From Thermodesulfobacteriota bacterium (lineage in GTDB: Bacteria > Desulfobacterota > Desulfobacteria > Desulfobacterales > SURF-7): DNA of 64,000 nt. Under the pieces are notes generated by a model that saw nothing but the letters and a program-made list of their open reading frames with translations, did no database searches and was not told the origin of the DNA. The first letter of the stretch is position 1. Each line of letters begins with the position of its first letter. A program made the translations under genes and the position numbers. The DNA lies in the NCBI GenBank assembly GCA_049320885.1, contig JBMORA010000064.1:32001-96000 (forward strand), read 5' to 3'. Positions 9,324-19,924 of this stretch are shown one piece after another.

Positions 9324-10335
9324 GGTCTTTTTTCCCGTCTTTTCTTTTACTGGAACTACGTTCCATCCTCTGGATCAACCATTGATGCTGACATTTATGG
9401 TCTTCCAGATCCACCAGTCCAGCCAAGGTCTCCAATGGTATTTCCGCCCGGGCCATGCTTTTATGGCCTCCAGCGGATCCGATCTGCCCGAAACAGTCCT
9501 TCACCATTTTCCCGGCATTTTTTTTCAGACCGTCGTTGCGGATGATCACCACCAGTTTTTTATCGTATATCCCGGACACGATGCTCCATTTGATGGAGTG
9601 GATCCGCATGAAGAAATCGGCTATGACCACGCAGACATCCGGATTCAGAACGGCTCCGAGATGGACATAGGCGCGTCCCCTCCGGATGCATTTTCTTTCT
9701 ATGGCCATCTGAAAATATTTTAAAAAATCGAGCCGCAGATCCGCCTGCTCAAGCCTTCGCACCAGGTGCATGTTGGCCAGCCGGAAAAGAAATTGAAACG
9801 CCCGCACATCTTCGATGAGGGCCTGTTGTTCAAAATCTCCGGTATCGGTCTTGATGGCGTAAAAAAGGGCCGTGGCCAGTTTGGCCGAGGGTCGTATCTT
9901 TGCCGCCTGAAGATATTCGGTCAGGATGGTGGCCGTGGCTCCGTACTTGGGCCGGATATCCGTATGGGCGGCTGCCGGCAGGGTGTCCGGATGATGATCG
10001 ATGATGACATCGAAAGTATATCGGCTGAAGGATTCGTGGTGGTTCGGCTGGGAGTCCACCAGCACGAACCGGTTGAAACGGCTTTTATCCATGTCTTTTT
10101 CGTAGCTGAGATTGATGCTCAGGGTCCGGATCATGGTCAAGTTATCCGGTCGTTTGATCAGGTTGACATGGGTGATGGCCACATGGGCAACTTTTCGCCA
10201 CAGCAGGCGTTTGACGGCCATAGCACTGGCAATGGCGTCCGGATCCGCGTTGATGACGATCAGGACCTGATCGTCCCCCTTGAAACGTTCATAAAAGCGA
10301 CGCATTCTTTCCGAAGAAGAAATGCCCATATTCAA
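9310..10335 (-). CDS. DHH/DHHA1 family phosphoesterase (NrnA-like)
   Basis: NADPDAIAS, LVDSQ, IIDHH, IKTDT, AGGHKSMA. Confidence 0.88.
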   Translation of the reverse strand: MNMGISSSERMRRFYERFKGDDQVLIVINADPDAIASAMAVKRLLWRKVAHVAITHVNLIKRPDNLTMIRTLSINLSYEKDMDKSRFNRFVLVDSQPNHHESFSRYTFDVIIDHHPDTLPAAAHTDIRPKYGATATILTEYLQAAKIRPSAKLATALFYAIKTDTGDFEQQALIEDVRAFQFLFRLANMHLVRRLEQADLRLDFLKYFQMAIERKCIRRGRAYVHLGAVLNPDVCVVIADFFMRIHSIKWSIVSGIYDKKLVVIIRNDGLKKNAGKMVKDCFGQIGSAGGHKSMARAEIPLETLAGLVDLEDHKCQHQWLIQRMERSSSKRKDGKKDHVIG

Positions 10336-10408
10336 ATACCTTGCCTTGTTGACCCGTGACTATCCGGTTGAACCCTGACAATTGATCAAATTTTACATGA
10401 TACGATTT

Positions 10409-11440
10409 TCATTTTTGCATTACAATAGATTTTTCCGGGGATGGGTATATGCCCTGGAAGCGGTTTCGCGGATCCCCGGTTTCCAGTTTGCGGCTGAAAT
10501 CGTTGATAAGAGAGACGATCTCTTCCCGGGTTGATGCGGTGGTGAGACTTTCCCGGAAAGCGGCACTGTGGGGAAACCCTTTCACAAACCACGGCAACCG
10601 ACTGCGCATGATGCGGCAGGCATGCACCTCGCCGAAATAGGCGATGGATGCATCCAGAAACCGGAAGATCATCTCAAAATGAAGCGGCAGGTCTATTCGG
10701 GGTATCGGCTTACCATCCAACCTGGCCAGCACTTGAGAAAACAGCAGAGGGTTTCCGATGGCGCCCCGGCCGATCATGATGCCGTCGCAACCGGTTTCCG
10801 CCAGCATCCGGGCGGCGTCTTCAGCGGAGACGATGTCGCCGTTGCCGATCAAGGGAATGCGTAACCGGGGCTTCATGGCGGCGATCAGGGACCATGCGGC
10901 CTTGCCCCCAAATCCCTGGCCAGCTGTTCTTGGGTGCAGGATAACGGCGTCCACACCGCAGTCCTGGGCAATGGCGGCAATCTGAAATGCCTGGGCTCCC
11001 GAGGAGTCCCAACCACTTCGAATTTTGACGGTCAAGGGAATGTCAACGGCCGCCCGGACTGCCCGAAAGATTTTTTCCGCCAGATCCGGCGTCCGCATGA
11101 GGGCAACCCCTGCCCCGGTTTTTACCACTTTTTTTACGGAACAGCCCATGTTGATATCCAGGACGTCGGCGCCGGCGGCAGCCGCTATGCCGGCCGCCTT
11201 GGCCATGATGTCGGGTTGGGTGCCGAAAATCTGTATGGAAAGTGGTTTCTCGGCCGGAAGACTTTCCATCAGGCGCAGGGTTTTAGCGGAGCCGTAGAGC
11301 AACCCGTTGGCGCTGACCATTTCCGAGCAGACCAACCCGCAACCGGCTTCCTTGGCCAGCAGCCGCAGCGGAAGATTACTGATGCCGGCGAGCGGAGCGA
11401 AAATCACATTGTTCCGAAGTGTCAGGTTGCCGATTTTCAT
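10409..11440 (-). CDS. dusB: tRNA-dihydrouridine synthase B
   Basis: APLAGISN, DINMGCSVKKV, TVKIRSGW, HPRT, GNGDI, MIGRGAIGNP; start at MKIGNL. Confidence 0.93.
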   Translation of the reverse strand: MKIGNLTLRNNVIFAPLAGISNLPLRLLAKEAGCGLVCSEMVSANGLLYGSAKTLRLMESLPAEKPLSIQIFGTQPDIMAKAAGIAAAAGADVLDINMGCSVKKVVKTGAGVALMRTPDLAEKIFRAVRAAVDIPLTVKIRSGWDSSGAQAFQIAAIAQDCGVDAVILHPRTAGQGFGGKAAWSLIAAMKPRLRIPLIGNGDIVSAEDAARMLAETGCDGIMIGRGAIGNPLLFSQVLARLDGKPIPRIDLPLHFEMIFRFLDASIAYFGEVHACRIMRSRLPWFVKGFPHSAAFRESLTTASTREEIVSLINDFSRKLETGDPRNRFQGIYPSPEKSIVMQK

Positions 11441-11444
11441 ATGG

Positions 11445-12341
11445 TTATTCACGGGCGGGGATGCGGCCATCCGACGGATTGGCGTAGCAATACAAGCAGC
11501 GATGATGGCAGGGGTGCAATTCATAGGAACCGATATCCGTGGAAATCATGCAACCGCAGCCGGCGGAGTGCCGCTGGCCGCGGTCCTTCTGAAGGCGCAG
11601 ACGGCCTCCGTGAAGCGCCATCAGATAGTCGTTCGGTATGCAGGCCCCGGCGACAACCGGTTTGCCTTCCGGTAGAGCGGACAACACCTCCTTTTCGCAG
11701 CAGACGAGCAGTTGCATGGACAATTTTTCAAGCCGGGCCTGCAGTCGCGATACAATGGCGACTTTTTCTCCCAGCGACGGTTCGATAAAACGGATATTAC
11801 TGGCGTCGATCGCCGCTCGCCGAAGCACTTTGCGGTAGGGGTCCATGAAGCTGGTGACGCAGCGTCGGACGCCAAGAGTTGCCGCGGCCTCGCTGATGAG
11901 ATCAAATGCATGTAAATTGTCAAAAACAGCACCGGCCGAGTCCTGATAATGACAGACGGGATCGAAGCGCCATTGAATCGAATCCGGTCCGAATTGCTCA
12001 CAAAGCCGGGTCAATTGCTGAAGCCGGTTGGCCAAGGGGGGCAGGTTCGGCTCCAGGATTTTATCTTCGGAATTGATCGTGAAATTGAAGAATAAATGAT
12101 ACCCTTTTCCCCGGAGCTTCTCGCCGTATCTTTCCCAAAGGAATGTGTTGAAATCCTTGGACCAGAATACAATGGTGTGAACCGGCCCCGCTTTTGCGGG
12201 GATCCGGTTGATATGATTCGTATAGGGGTTGCGCACTTCAAATACGCCGGTTTCGATCCGCTCCATGAACCAGGGCATGTAAAAAGCCGGGATATCGGTC
12301 CTTCGGGAAGCGGAAATCACGATTTGAAAATCAGATGCCAT
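11445..12341 (-). CDS. DUF1848 family protein
   Basis: VISASRRTDIPAFY, VRNPY, IVFWSKD, WRFDP, C-terminal QR..CGC...DIGSY..CHHRCLYCYAN; start at MASDFQ. Confidence 0.88.
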   Translation of the reverse strand: MASDFQIVISASRRTDIPAFYMPWFMERIETGVFEVRNPYTNHINRIPAKAGPVHTIVFWSKDFNTFLWERYGEKLRGKGYHLFFNFTINSEDKILEPNLPPLANRLQQLTRLCEQFGPDSIQWRFDPVCHYQDSAGAVFDNLHAFDLISEAAATLGVRRCVTSFMDPYRKVLRRAAIDASNIRFIEPSLGEKVAIVSRLQARLEKLSMQLLVCCEKEVLSALPEGKPVVAGACIPNDYLMALHGGRLRLQKDRGQRHSAGCGCMISTDIGSYELHPCHHRCLYCYANPSDGRIPARE

Positions 12342-12360
12342 CTGTGCCAACTGCGGGGCA

Positions 12361-12711
12361 TTACCGCTTCTTAATCGTTGATAGGGAGATGACCTTGCCT
12401 TTGGGCGCGCTGTCGCTTCCCGAATGGGAAGGGCTCGGTGTTTCCGGTTCCGCTGTTTCATCTCGCTGGGCCGGTTCTTCCGGAGGGACAACCCGTTCGA
12501 GACGCATCCGATTGCCCCCCATGGTGTATTCAGCGCCGTTGATGTAGTCGTTTTTCAAAATCCATGTAATGGTTTGCAGGGGTATTTGCAGCAACAGCAG
12601 CTTGACATGATACCAATCCTTTTTTGCGTCCGGTTGTATGGATTCCACCCTGGCAAAGCCGGCGGGCTTATCTTCGAAATAAATCAGGACAATATCCTTT
12701 TCCTGGGTCAT
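12361..12711 (-). CDS. Conserved-looking small hypothetical protein
   Basis: MTQEKDIVLIYFEDKPAGFARVE..W.HVKLLLLQIP..WIL..YING..YTMGG; ends with KVISL; co-oriented at the head of the minus-strand cluster. Confidence 0.7.
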   Translation of the reverse strand: MTQEKDIVLIYFEDKPAGFARVESIQPDAKKDWYHVKLLLLQIPLQTITWILKNDYINGAEYTMGGNRMRLERVVPPEEPAQRDETAEPETPSPSHSGSDSAPKGKVISLSTIKKR

Positions 12712-13180
12712 TGCGTTCTGCCTCTTCGATAATAATGAGTCGATTTTCATGCCACCTTTCAATAACGCATATGCAGGATGGTTTGTGTGGTTGTCAAACA
12801 CTATTTGGCGGCAACTGTCATTCGCGAGTTCCTTGGTTTTTCCGTTTTTGACTTTCCAGCGGCTTTTTGATAAAAGACAATGTTGGCCCTATGGGTGAAA
12901 GTCAAGGGGTCGGAAGGGGAATGAGCGGAAGAACAGGATCGTCGTCCTTTCATTTCCAGGGCCCGCAGCGTGTAACCGGATGGGAAACATCAACCCCTGG
13001 AATATTTGTTGATATCGAGAGAGGGCTGGTTTTTAATGATTATAAATAATATTCAAGATACTATCTTGAAGGTAGGGCTGCGGCGGTCAACTTTGGTTGC
13101 AGGGGTTCCGCAGGGGCCGTCGCCCGCTGGACATAACAAATACCGTAAAAATACCGGGATTGTCGGCTCCCGTTTTTGTC

Positions 13181-13196
13181 TGGCATGCCTTATGCT
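13181..13196 (+). promoter_or_regulatory. Sigma54 (-24/-12) promoter candidate for the PHP gene
   Basis: TGGCATGCCTTATGCT with exact GG-N10-GC spacing, 70 nt upstream of ATG 13266, long intergenic region upstream. Confidence 0.6.
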
Positions 13197-13265
13197 TTTC
13201 ACTGGCAGATGAATTGATCAGCAGCCGTTTGGAACCGGAATCATCCAAAGAGGATTTCAAGACAA

Positions 13266-14246
13266 ATGAATCAGACGAATATGGTTCAATTTGAAAAACC
13301 GAACCTTGCCGCATTGACAAAACAATACACCGTGGTGGATTTGCATTATCATACCCGTCATTCGGATGGCCAGGCCACCGTGGAACAGGTTGCCGAACAT
13401 GCCCGTTCCCTGGGGATCGGTGTGGCCATCACGGATCACAATGAAATCAAAGGCGCCCTGGAAATCGATGCTTATGATGATATACTCAGTATCCCCGGCA
13501 TTGAAATCACCTCCAGAGAAGGCACGCATCTGCTGGTGTATTTTTATGACACGAACAGCCTGAAAGCCTTCTATCAGAAGGATATCCAGCCCTATATGGG
13601 ACATACGGTCATGAGTTCCATCTCGCTGACCATAGAGGAGATCGTACTGCGCGCCCGGACCTATAAAACCCTGATTGTTTTCCCCCACCCCTTTAGCGCT
13701 GTGTACACGGGAATCTGCAATTTTTATTTTTCCAAGGAGCGCCTGGCGAAAATTTTTGAATTGGTGGACGGTGTGGAGGTTATCAATGCGGAAAACATGC
13801 ACAAATGGAATCTGAAGAGTGCCGTTCTCGGGTTCAACATCGAAAAAAGCATGACCGGCGGCAGTGATGGACATAAGTTGAAAGACATGGGAAACGCTGT
13901 CTGCTATGCCGCCTGTGACGGCAACCGGGCTGCATTCCTGGATGCTCTCAGGCAGCGAAGCAACAAGGTGGTCGGCAAGGAGATCGCTATTCTTGAAAAG
14001 GTGACATCCAACGGCGCCAAGCTTAAGATAAACATTAATAATTATCCAGATTTAATAGAAAAAAATATTAAATACGGGTACACCGTGCTGCATTCGAAAT
14101 CCATATCGGCACGGACCACAATGAAACAACATTTCTCCCGCGGTCTGAAAAGAAGAATCTCGCGCCTGATACCGGCCTATGGATGGCTGCGCTACGGTCA
14201 CAATCTGGCCGCCCTGATCTATCTATTGCCCTTGATCACCGGATAG
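13266..14246 (+). CDS. PHP-domain protein (metal-dependent phosphoesterase)
   Basis: DLHYHTRHSDG, AITDHN, PGIEIT..GTHLL, PHPF, GVEVINA, GGSDGH. Confidence 0.85.
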   Translation: MNQTNMVQFEKPNLAALTKQYTVVDLHYHTRHSDGQATVEQVAEHARSLGIGVAITDHNEIKGALEIDAYDDILSIPGIEITSREGTHLLVYFYDTNSLKAFYQKDIQPYMGHTVMSSISLTIEEIVLRARTYKTLIVFPHPFSAVYTGICNFYFSKERLAKIFELVDGVEVINAENMHKWNLKSAVLGFNIEKSMTGGSDGHKLKDMGNAVCYAACDGNRAAFLDALRQRSNKVVGKEIAILEKVTSNGAKLKININNYPDLIEKNIKYGYTVLHSKSISARTTMKQHFSRGLKRRISRLIPAYGWLRYGHNLAALIYLLPLITG

Positions 14247-14364
14247 GGGCATCCGGCGCATCTCATGTATTGTTCTGGAGTCGATCGTCCAGACGGGCAG
14301 GAATTCGTCTTGCTATTCAGGACAGGGCGCCGCGACCATGATGGGTATCGGGCTGGAAAACGTT

Positions 14365-14856
14365 TCAGGCCGATCCGAGTGGCTTGACATCTTTCAGGCC
14401 GTTGGTGGTATCCCGGTCACCGGTGTCGGCGGTTGAGGACTGGTTTCTGGCCGATTCCACCATAAACGCGATTTTGGAGATGATCAAACCCCGGATAAGG
14501 AAACCGATGGCAAATTCCTGGGATCTGCGCAGCGCTTTAATATCCAATGCGGCCATGATTTCTCCCATGGCCGGCAACACCATTCCGTTGATTTCCTTGG
14601 AGACCGTATCCAATTCATGGTGCTGATCAGCGCCCCAGACCGCTGGAACGATATAAGTGATCGGTTTGGCAAGAAGGATGTGGAAATACTTTCGAAAAAT
14701 ATCGTGGGCCACCACATCGATCAGGGGGCCGATGATTTTGGCGATGGCCATGATATCTTCCCGTTCCGGAGGCTTTCGCTTATGAATGAAGCGTTTCAGT
14801 AATGATATCATTATGTTCCATGCTTTTAATACGAGGCCGGTTCCTGGCATCATCAC
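14365..14856 (-). CDS. Hypothetical protein
   Basis: 163-aa ORF; GTG start overlaps the kinase stop (GTGA), suggesting coupling; alternative ATG at 14811. Confidence 0.6.
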   Translation of the reverse strand: MMMPGTGLVLKAWNIMISLLKRFIHKRKPPEREDIMAIAKIIGPLIDVVAHDIFRKYFHILLAKPITYIVPAVWGADQHHELDTVSKEINGMVLPAMGEIMAALDIKALRRSQEFAIGFLIRGLIISKIAFMVESARNQSSTADTGDRDTTNGLKDVKPLGSA

Positions 14857-17615
14857 GCCGATTCGGCGAGCACCATCCTAAGGGCCTCGAAGCGTTTGTC
14901 GATTTCTGTCAGCAGTGAGCGTGCTTTTTTAAAATCAGCTGTTTTACCGGCCGCCTCCATTAATGTCGCGATTTCCTGCAGGGGCGGGGCGGAAAGATTC
15001 ATGGCCGCCCCCTTGATCCGATGACCGATAAAGGAAACCCGGGAAGCATCTTTTTTTTCGATGGACTCTTTCAGCTGACAGATTTGTGTCGGCAGGTCCA
15101 GCAAGTACCGGTCGATGATTTTTTGGGCAAGTTTTTCATCACCCATCATCCGATCCAGCAGCGCCGCCCGATTGAATATCTCGATGTTTTCCCGTGGCCG
15201 GAAACAATACGCTGCCGGAGCGGACAGGCCCCGTTCTTCCAGCCACTGATGAATTTTTTTTATTAATTGATGCGGATCGATGGGTTTGGACAGATAATCG
15301 TTCATTCCGGCAGCCAGGCATTTTTCACGATCCCCTTGCATGGCGTAGGCCGTCATCGCAATGATGGGAACGGCCCGGTTATTTCCCGGCAGCTTTCGGA
15401 TCCGGCGGGTGGCCTCATACCCGTCCATCACCGGCATCTGGCAATCCATCAAAACGAGATGGTAGGTGGTTTCCGCCAAGGCGTCCACGACCTCTTGGCC
15501 GTTGGTGGCCATATCGCTCCGGTATCCGAGTTTCCGGAGAATTTCTCCGGCCACCCTGCGGTTGATATCATCATCGTCGGCTACTAGTATCCGGCTGTGT
15601 CGCTGTCGCTCTTCTTCCAATGAATAGCGCGTGATAATAGGCGGAGCAGATGAATCCGGCATCTTGCCATCCCGGCCGATAAGGGTCAGCAGACAATCAT
15701 GGATGACGGACTGCTTGATCGGTTTGGTGAGATAAGCGGAAAAACCCAGGTCCCTCAAACGGGCGGCGTCGCCTCTTTTTCCGATCAGGGTCATCATCAC
15801 CATGATGGTGCTCTTTAGCGCCGGATTCGATCGAATGGCGGCGCCGACCATCTCGCCGTTCATGCCGGGCATCGCCGCATCCAGGATGACGATTTTAACC
15901 GGCTGGCCTTGCCTGGCGGCCTCCTGCAAAATGGAGAGCGCCTGTTCTCCATCCGCGGCGGTTCTGCAGCGGCAGTTCCAGGAATTCAGCAGAGATTGGA
16001 GCCAGCGGCGGTTGGCGGCGTTATCATCCACCACCAGTATGGACAATCCACTGATATCCTGATGGATACTTTCTTCAGGGGTAAGGGGTTGCGGCTGTTT
16101 TTCAAACGGAATGGTGAAATAAAAGGTTGTCCCCGGACCCTTGTTGTTTTTCATCCCGATTTCACCATTCATCATCCGGACCAGTTGCCTGGAAATCGAC
16201 AGGCCCAAACCAGTCCCGCCATATTTTCTAGTCGTGGATGAATCCGCTTGGGTGAAGGCATCGAAAATACTTTCCTGTCGATCGGCGGGGACGCCGATGC
16301 CGGTATCGATGACCTCGAATCGGAGCAGCACCATCCGGTCTTCTTCCCTGTCCTGGCTTATCCGTATGCTGACATCGCCTCTTTCGGTAAATTTAATGGC
16401 ATTACTGATCAGGTTGGTTAAAATCTGCCGAATCCGGCCTGGATCACCCCGAAGCAACGAAGGAACGGTCGGACTGATTTCGCAAACCAGCTCCAACTGT
16501 TTCTCCTGGGCGCGCAGGGATTGAATTTCAACCGTTTTTTCAATAGCCTGTCTGAGGTTGAAATCGATTTTTTCCAGCAACAGCTTGCCAGCCTCGATTT
16601 TTGAAAAATCCAGAATGTCATTGATCACGGTTACAAGGGATTCCGCGCTCCGAATGACGAGTTCCGCATATTCCCGCTGTTCTTTTGTGAGATCGGAATC
16701 GAGCAGCAAACTGGCCATTCCGATGACGCCGTTCATCGGCGTCCTGATTTCGTGACTCATGTTGGCCAGAAACTCGCTCTTGGCTCGGCTGGCGGCCTCC
16801 GCCATTTTTTTTGCTGCCCGCAGTTCTTCTTCCGCTTGTTTTCTGCCGGTAATATCCGTTCCCGAGCAGACGACGTATTCGACGAGGCCATCTTCATTCA
16901 ATTTCGGAGTTTGAATGATTTCCAGCAGACGCGGCTCCCCGGCGTGATTGATGATCCATTCCTCACTGCGAATCTGCTGGCGGGTATGAAAGACCAATCG
17001 GTTTTTTTCCAGCAGCACTTTCAGAGCATCCGGAGGGAAAAAATCCTGAATCTTATGATAGGCTATGGCTGATTTGGGAACCCCGAAAAACTCCGCGTGG
17101 GCTCTGTTCACGGCGCCGTAAGTGGATTCGTCCTGCAGGTACCAGATCTGGGTTTCGATGTTATCGGACAGGAGTTCCAGCTCCGCCATCCGATCCTCCA
17201 GGTGGCGTTGATATTCCCGGTTTTCCCTGATTAATTGCGATCTTTCCAGTGCCTTGCGGATTGTATGCTGTAAAATATCCAAATTCTCGATGGGTTTGAC
17301 CACATAATCCCAGGCGCCTTCCCGGATCGCTTCGACCGCGTCGCTGATAATACCGGTTCCCGATACGACAATGATCGGTGTGTCGGGTGCTTTTTGAACA
17401 ATGGTTTTAAGTACTTCCAAACCATCAATGCCCGGCATGCGCAAGTCGACCAAGACAAGATCCGGATGGGTCGCCACAAACATTTCTAAACCGATCCTGC
17501 CGTTTTCCGCCTGCAGGACAATGTAGCCATACTCTTCCAGAAGAAGACAGAAGCTTTCCCTGACCAGGGCCTCGTCGTCGATGGTTAAAATTACCGGGGG
17601 GGTTCGTTCCGGCAC
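14853..17615 (-). CDS. Hybrid sensor histidine kinase (REC-PAS-HisKA-HATPase-REC-REC-Hpt)
   Basis: N-terminal DD..DLRMP..KP receiver; [37 protein letters not shown]; two receivers; GHRIKGAA Hpt; AGGAGG before GTG 17615. Confidence 0.95.
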   Translation of the reverse strand: MPERTPPVILTIDDEALVRESFCLLLEEYGYIVLQAENGRIGLEMFVATHPDLVLVDLRMPGIDGLEVLKTIVQKAPDTPIIVVSGTGIISDAVEAIREGAWDYVVKPIENLDILQHTIRKALERSQLIRENREYQRHLEDRMAELELLSDNIETQIWYLQDESTYGAVNRAHAEFFGVPKSAIAYHKIQDFFPPDALKVLLEKNRLVFHTRQQIRSEEWIINHAGEPRLLEIIQTPKLNEDGLVEYVVCSGTDITGRKQAEEELRAAKKMAEAASRAKSEFLANMSHEIRTPMNGVIGMASLLLDSDLTKEQREYAELVIRSAESLVTVINDILDFSKIEAGKLLLEKIDFNLRQAIEKTVEIQSLRAQEKQLELVCEISPTVPSLLRGDPGRIRQILTNLISNAIKFTERGDVSIRISQDREEDRMVLLRFEVIDTGIGVPADRQESIFDAFTQADSSTTRKYGGTGLGLSISRQLVRMMNGEIGMKNNKGPGTTFYFTIPFEKQPQPLTPEESIHQDISGLSILVVDDNAANRRWLQSLLNSWNCRCRTAADGEQALSILQEAARQGQPVKIVILDAAMPGMNGEMVGAAIRSNPALKSTIMVMMTLIGKRGDAARLRDLGFSAYLTKPIKQSVIHDCLLTLIGRDGKMPDSSAPPIITRYSLEEERQRHSRILVADDDDINRRVAGEILRKLGYRSDMATNGQEVVDALAETTYHLVLMDCQMPVMDGYEATRRIRKLPGNNRAVPIIAMTAYAMQGDREKCLAAGMNDYLSKPIDPHQLIKKIHQWLEERGLSAPAAYCFRPRENIEIFNRAALLDRMMGDEKLAQKIIDRYLLDLPTQICQLKESIEKKDASRVSFIGHRIKGAAMNLSAPPLQEIATLMEAAGKTADFKKARSLLTEIDKRFEALRMVLAESA

Positions 17616-18002
17616 GTTGATCCTCCTGCCAACAGAATCGATCCTGCTCGCGGAATTGTTTTTCAACCGGACGTTGCGGGTTCGGTGGGTTTTCCACCTC
17701 TTCCGACCGTCATCGGCGGTCGTCAACAGTCATCATTATCAGGGAAATACTGGCAATGCAGAACAGGCAAGAGTCAGCTGTCCGCTGCAGTTAACTCCAT
17801 CCCATTCAGATACAGATTATCGAACGAATGACCGGAAGGTTGTTGTGAATGCCGACCTGCCTAATTTTATACTTCCAAGTTGATGAATTTTATTATACGG
17901 CAATTTTAGCATCAACATCAAATAAAAAATGCGGTACAGGGATCCGGGCGTGGAACCGTCGATCACCCCGCAAACCTTTTCACTTGGGGCATGATTTGGC
18001 AT

Positions 18003-18031
18003 TTGACTTTTTTTTCAACGCCTTATATAAT
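18003..18031 (+). promoter_or_regulatory. Sigma70 promoter
   Basis: TTGACT-N17-TATAAT upstream of ATG 18075. Confidence 0.7.
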
Positions 18032-18074
18032 ACGAAAACTCTATGGACCGAATGATGACCGGATGGAGGCGGCG

Positions 18075-18641
18075 ATGATTGAGTCGAAATATCTGAAAGA
18101 CAATATGCAAAACATCCAACGGCTGTTGGAAATTCCGGCGCTTAAGCATTTCGAAATTAAAAATCTTGCCAAACTGCTTCGTCTGAGCAAGATCCGGGAG
18201 TACAATGATGGCGAGGTTATCATCCAGGAGGGGGATCGTGATCCCTGGCTGTATTTTCTGCTAAAGGGCAAGGTCGCCATTACGAAAGAAGGTTTTGACA
18301 TTGTTCGCATCGATAAGAAAGGGGAAATTTTCGGGGAAATGCGGGTGATTGATAGCCTCAGTCGTTCCGCATCCGTTCTCGCGGATGGCAAGACCGTTTG
18401 TCTGGCGGTGGACACATCGGCCCAGGAAAAATTGTCCACCGATGAAAAGAAACTTGATTTTTTGTTGCTTCTGTATCGTATTTTTGCGGAATATATGTCG
18501 ATTCGGTTGCGATTGACCAATGATGAGCTGGTGGCAGCCAAGCATGATGCCAAAGAGGCTCGCAAGGAGCTGGAGCAATTAAAAAAAGAGCAGTCCGACG
18601 CCGGCAAAACCAAGATTCTGACGAGAACGATTATAAAATAG
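18075..18641 (+). CDS. Cyclic nucleotide-binding domain protein with C-terminal coiled coil (no HTH)
   Basis: GEVIIQEGD..LYFLLKGKV, FGEMRVIDSLSRSASV phosphate-binding cassette; GGAGG RBS. Confidence 0.88.
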   Translation: MIESKYLKDNMQNIQRLLEIPALKHFEIKNLAKLLRLSKIREYNDGEVIIQEGDRDPWLYFLLKGKVAITKEGFDIVRIDKKGEIFGEMRVIDSLSRSASVLADGKTVCLAVDTSAQEKLSTDEKKLDFLLLLYRIFAEYMSIRLRLTNDELVAAKHDAKEARKELEQLKKEQSDAGKTKILTRTIIK

Positions 18642-18645
18642 AACG

Positions 18646-18676
18646 GCGGCGGGCGGCCGCGCCCGCCGCTTATTCC
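18646..18676 (+). terminator. GC-rich hairpin, possible weak terminator
   Basis: GCGGCGGGCG-GCCG-CGCCCGCCGC 10-bp stem followed by TTATT. Confidence 0.5.
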
Positions 18677-18699
18677 ATTGCCGGCGATGCTGATTCCTG

Positions 18700-19713
18700 A
18701 TGAAGAAAACCGTTTCCTTTGCCATCGATTCCATCAATGTTTTTTTTCACATCCTGACCCGATGTAATTTGAAATGCCGGCATTGCTACATCAATCCGGA
18801 GCAACATGGCAGCAATTCGCTGCCGTTAGATACGATTTGCGATTGGTTGAAAGCGTTTGCACAGAAGAGCGCTTCAGCCAATGTGATTTTCTTGGGTGGT
18901 GAACCCACTCTGCATCCGGACTTGCCCCAGGCCATCCGCAGGGCCCGCGAAATCGGTTATCAATCCATCACCGTCGATACCAATGGGTACCTGTTTCATC
19001 ATTTTCTGGACCGTGTTACGCCACAGGATGTCGATTATATCAGCTTCAGCCTGGATGGGGCGACCCGAGAAACCAATGACGGCATCCGCGGCCGAGGATC
19101 CTACGATACCTGCTTGGCGGGAATTCGACAGGCAGTCCAGTTTGGATTTCACACCAGCCTGATATTTACCGTCAGCCGTGACAATATTCATGAGCTGCCG
19201 GATATGGGGAGGATTCTGGCAGACCTGGGAATCGAACGGTTTTTCATTCAGGTCATCGGCCTTCGCGGCGAATCCGCCCGTCAAAAATCCGATGGAAAAA
19301 AACCAATTCTGCCGGTTGAAAGTCGGCAGTGGCTGTCGGTGATCCCTTCTGTTGCGGAAGAAATCGCCGGGAACGGCGTTGTGGTAACCTATCCCAAGGT
19401 GTTTCTAAGCATGGAAGAACCCTTTGCCTGTGCAGGAAATGTGGCTGAGAACTATTTCATCTTTCCCAACGGCAGGGTTTATCAGTGTCCGCTGTGCGAA
19501 GATTATCCATTGCACAGCAAGTTCTTTATCGGCAACCGGCTCGTCGACACTTCGCCCATCAACGAGCGAAACCTGTTTCAGTTGAATATCCCGGAAGGTT
19601 GTGTCATGAACCGGCTGATCCAGCCTGACAACCTCTACTACTTGGAAAACGGCCGGCCGGCTTATAAAATCGCCTGCTGCCTGCTGAAGGAAGAGGTCCG
19701 GCAAAAGACCTGA
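18700..19713 (+). CDS. Radical SAM protein with Cys-rich C-terminal SPASM/twitch-like domain
   Basis: CNLKCRHCY, FLGGEPTLH, DTNG, SLDG; C-terminal C..G..F.FPNG.VYQCPLC...GC...CC. Confidence 0.85.
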   Translation: MKKTVSFAIDSINVFFHILTRCNLKCRHCYINPEQHGSNSLPLDTICDWLKAFAQKSASANVIFLGGEPTLHPDLPQAIRRAREIGYQSITVDTNGYLFHHFLDRVTPQDVDYISFSLDGATRETNDGIRGRGSYDTCLAGIRQAVQFGFHTSLIFTVSRDNIHELPDMGRILADLGIERFFIQVIGLRGESARQKSDGKKPILPVESRQWLSVIPSVAEEIAGNGVVVTYPKVFLSMEEPFACAGNVAENYFIFPNGRVYQCPLCEDYPLHSKFFIGNRLVDTSPINERNLFQLNIPEGCVMNRLIQPDNLYYLENGRPAYKIACCLLKEEVRQKT

Positions 19714-19749
19714 TCCCATTGCGGGCGGCAACGGTTTGGCGAGAGCCGG

Positions 19750-19778
19750 TTGACAGCGCCGGATAGCTCTTCTATGAT
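19750..19778 (+). promoter_or_regulatory. Sigma70 promoter candidate for prkA operon
   Basis: TTGACA-N17-TATGAT. Confidence 0.6.
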
Positions 19779-19852
19779 GCAGCCGATGGTCGGGGATACC
19801 GAAACGTCCAACAAATTTGCATCCTGGCCGGGACAAGCGGCAGATCGAAATC

Positions 19853-19868
19853 AGGCATTTTTTTTGCA
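19853..19868 (+). promoter_or_regulatory. Sigma54 promoter candidate for prkA operon
   Basis: AGGCATTTTTTTTGCA with GG-N10-GC spacing, 57 nt before ATG 19925. Confidence 0.5.
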
Positions 19869-19924
19869 TTAATCTCTCGTATATCTGCACGATCCAACCT
19901 ACTGCGATCTCAAATGGAGGAGAC

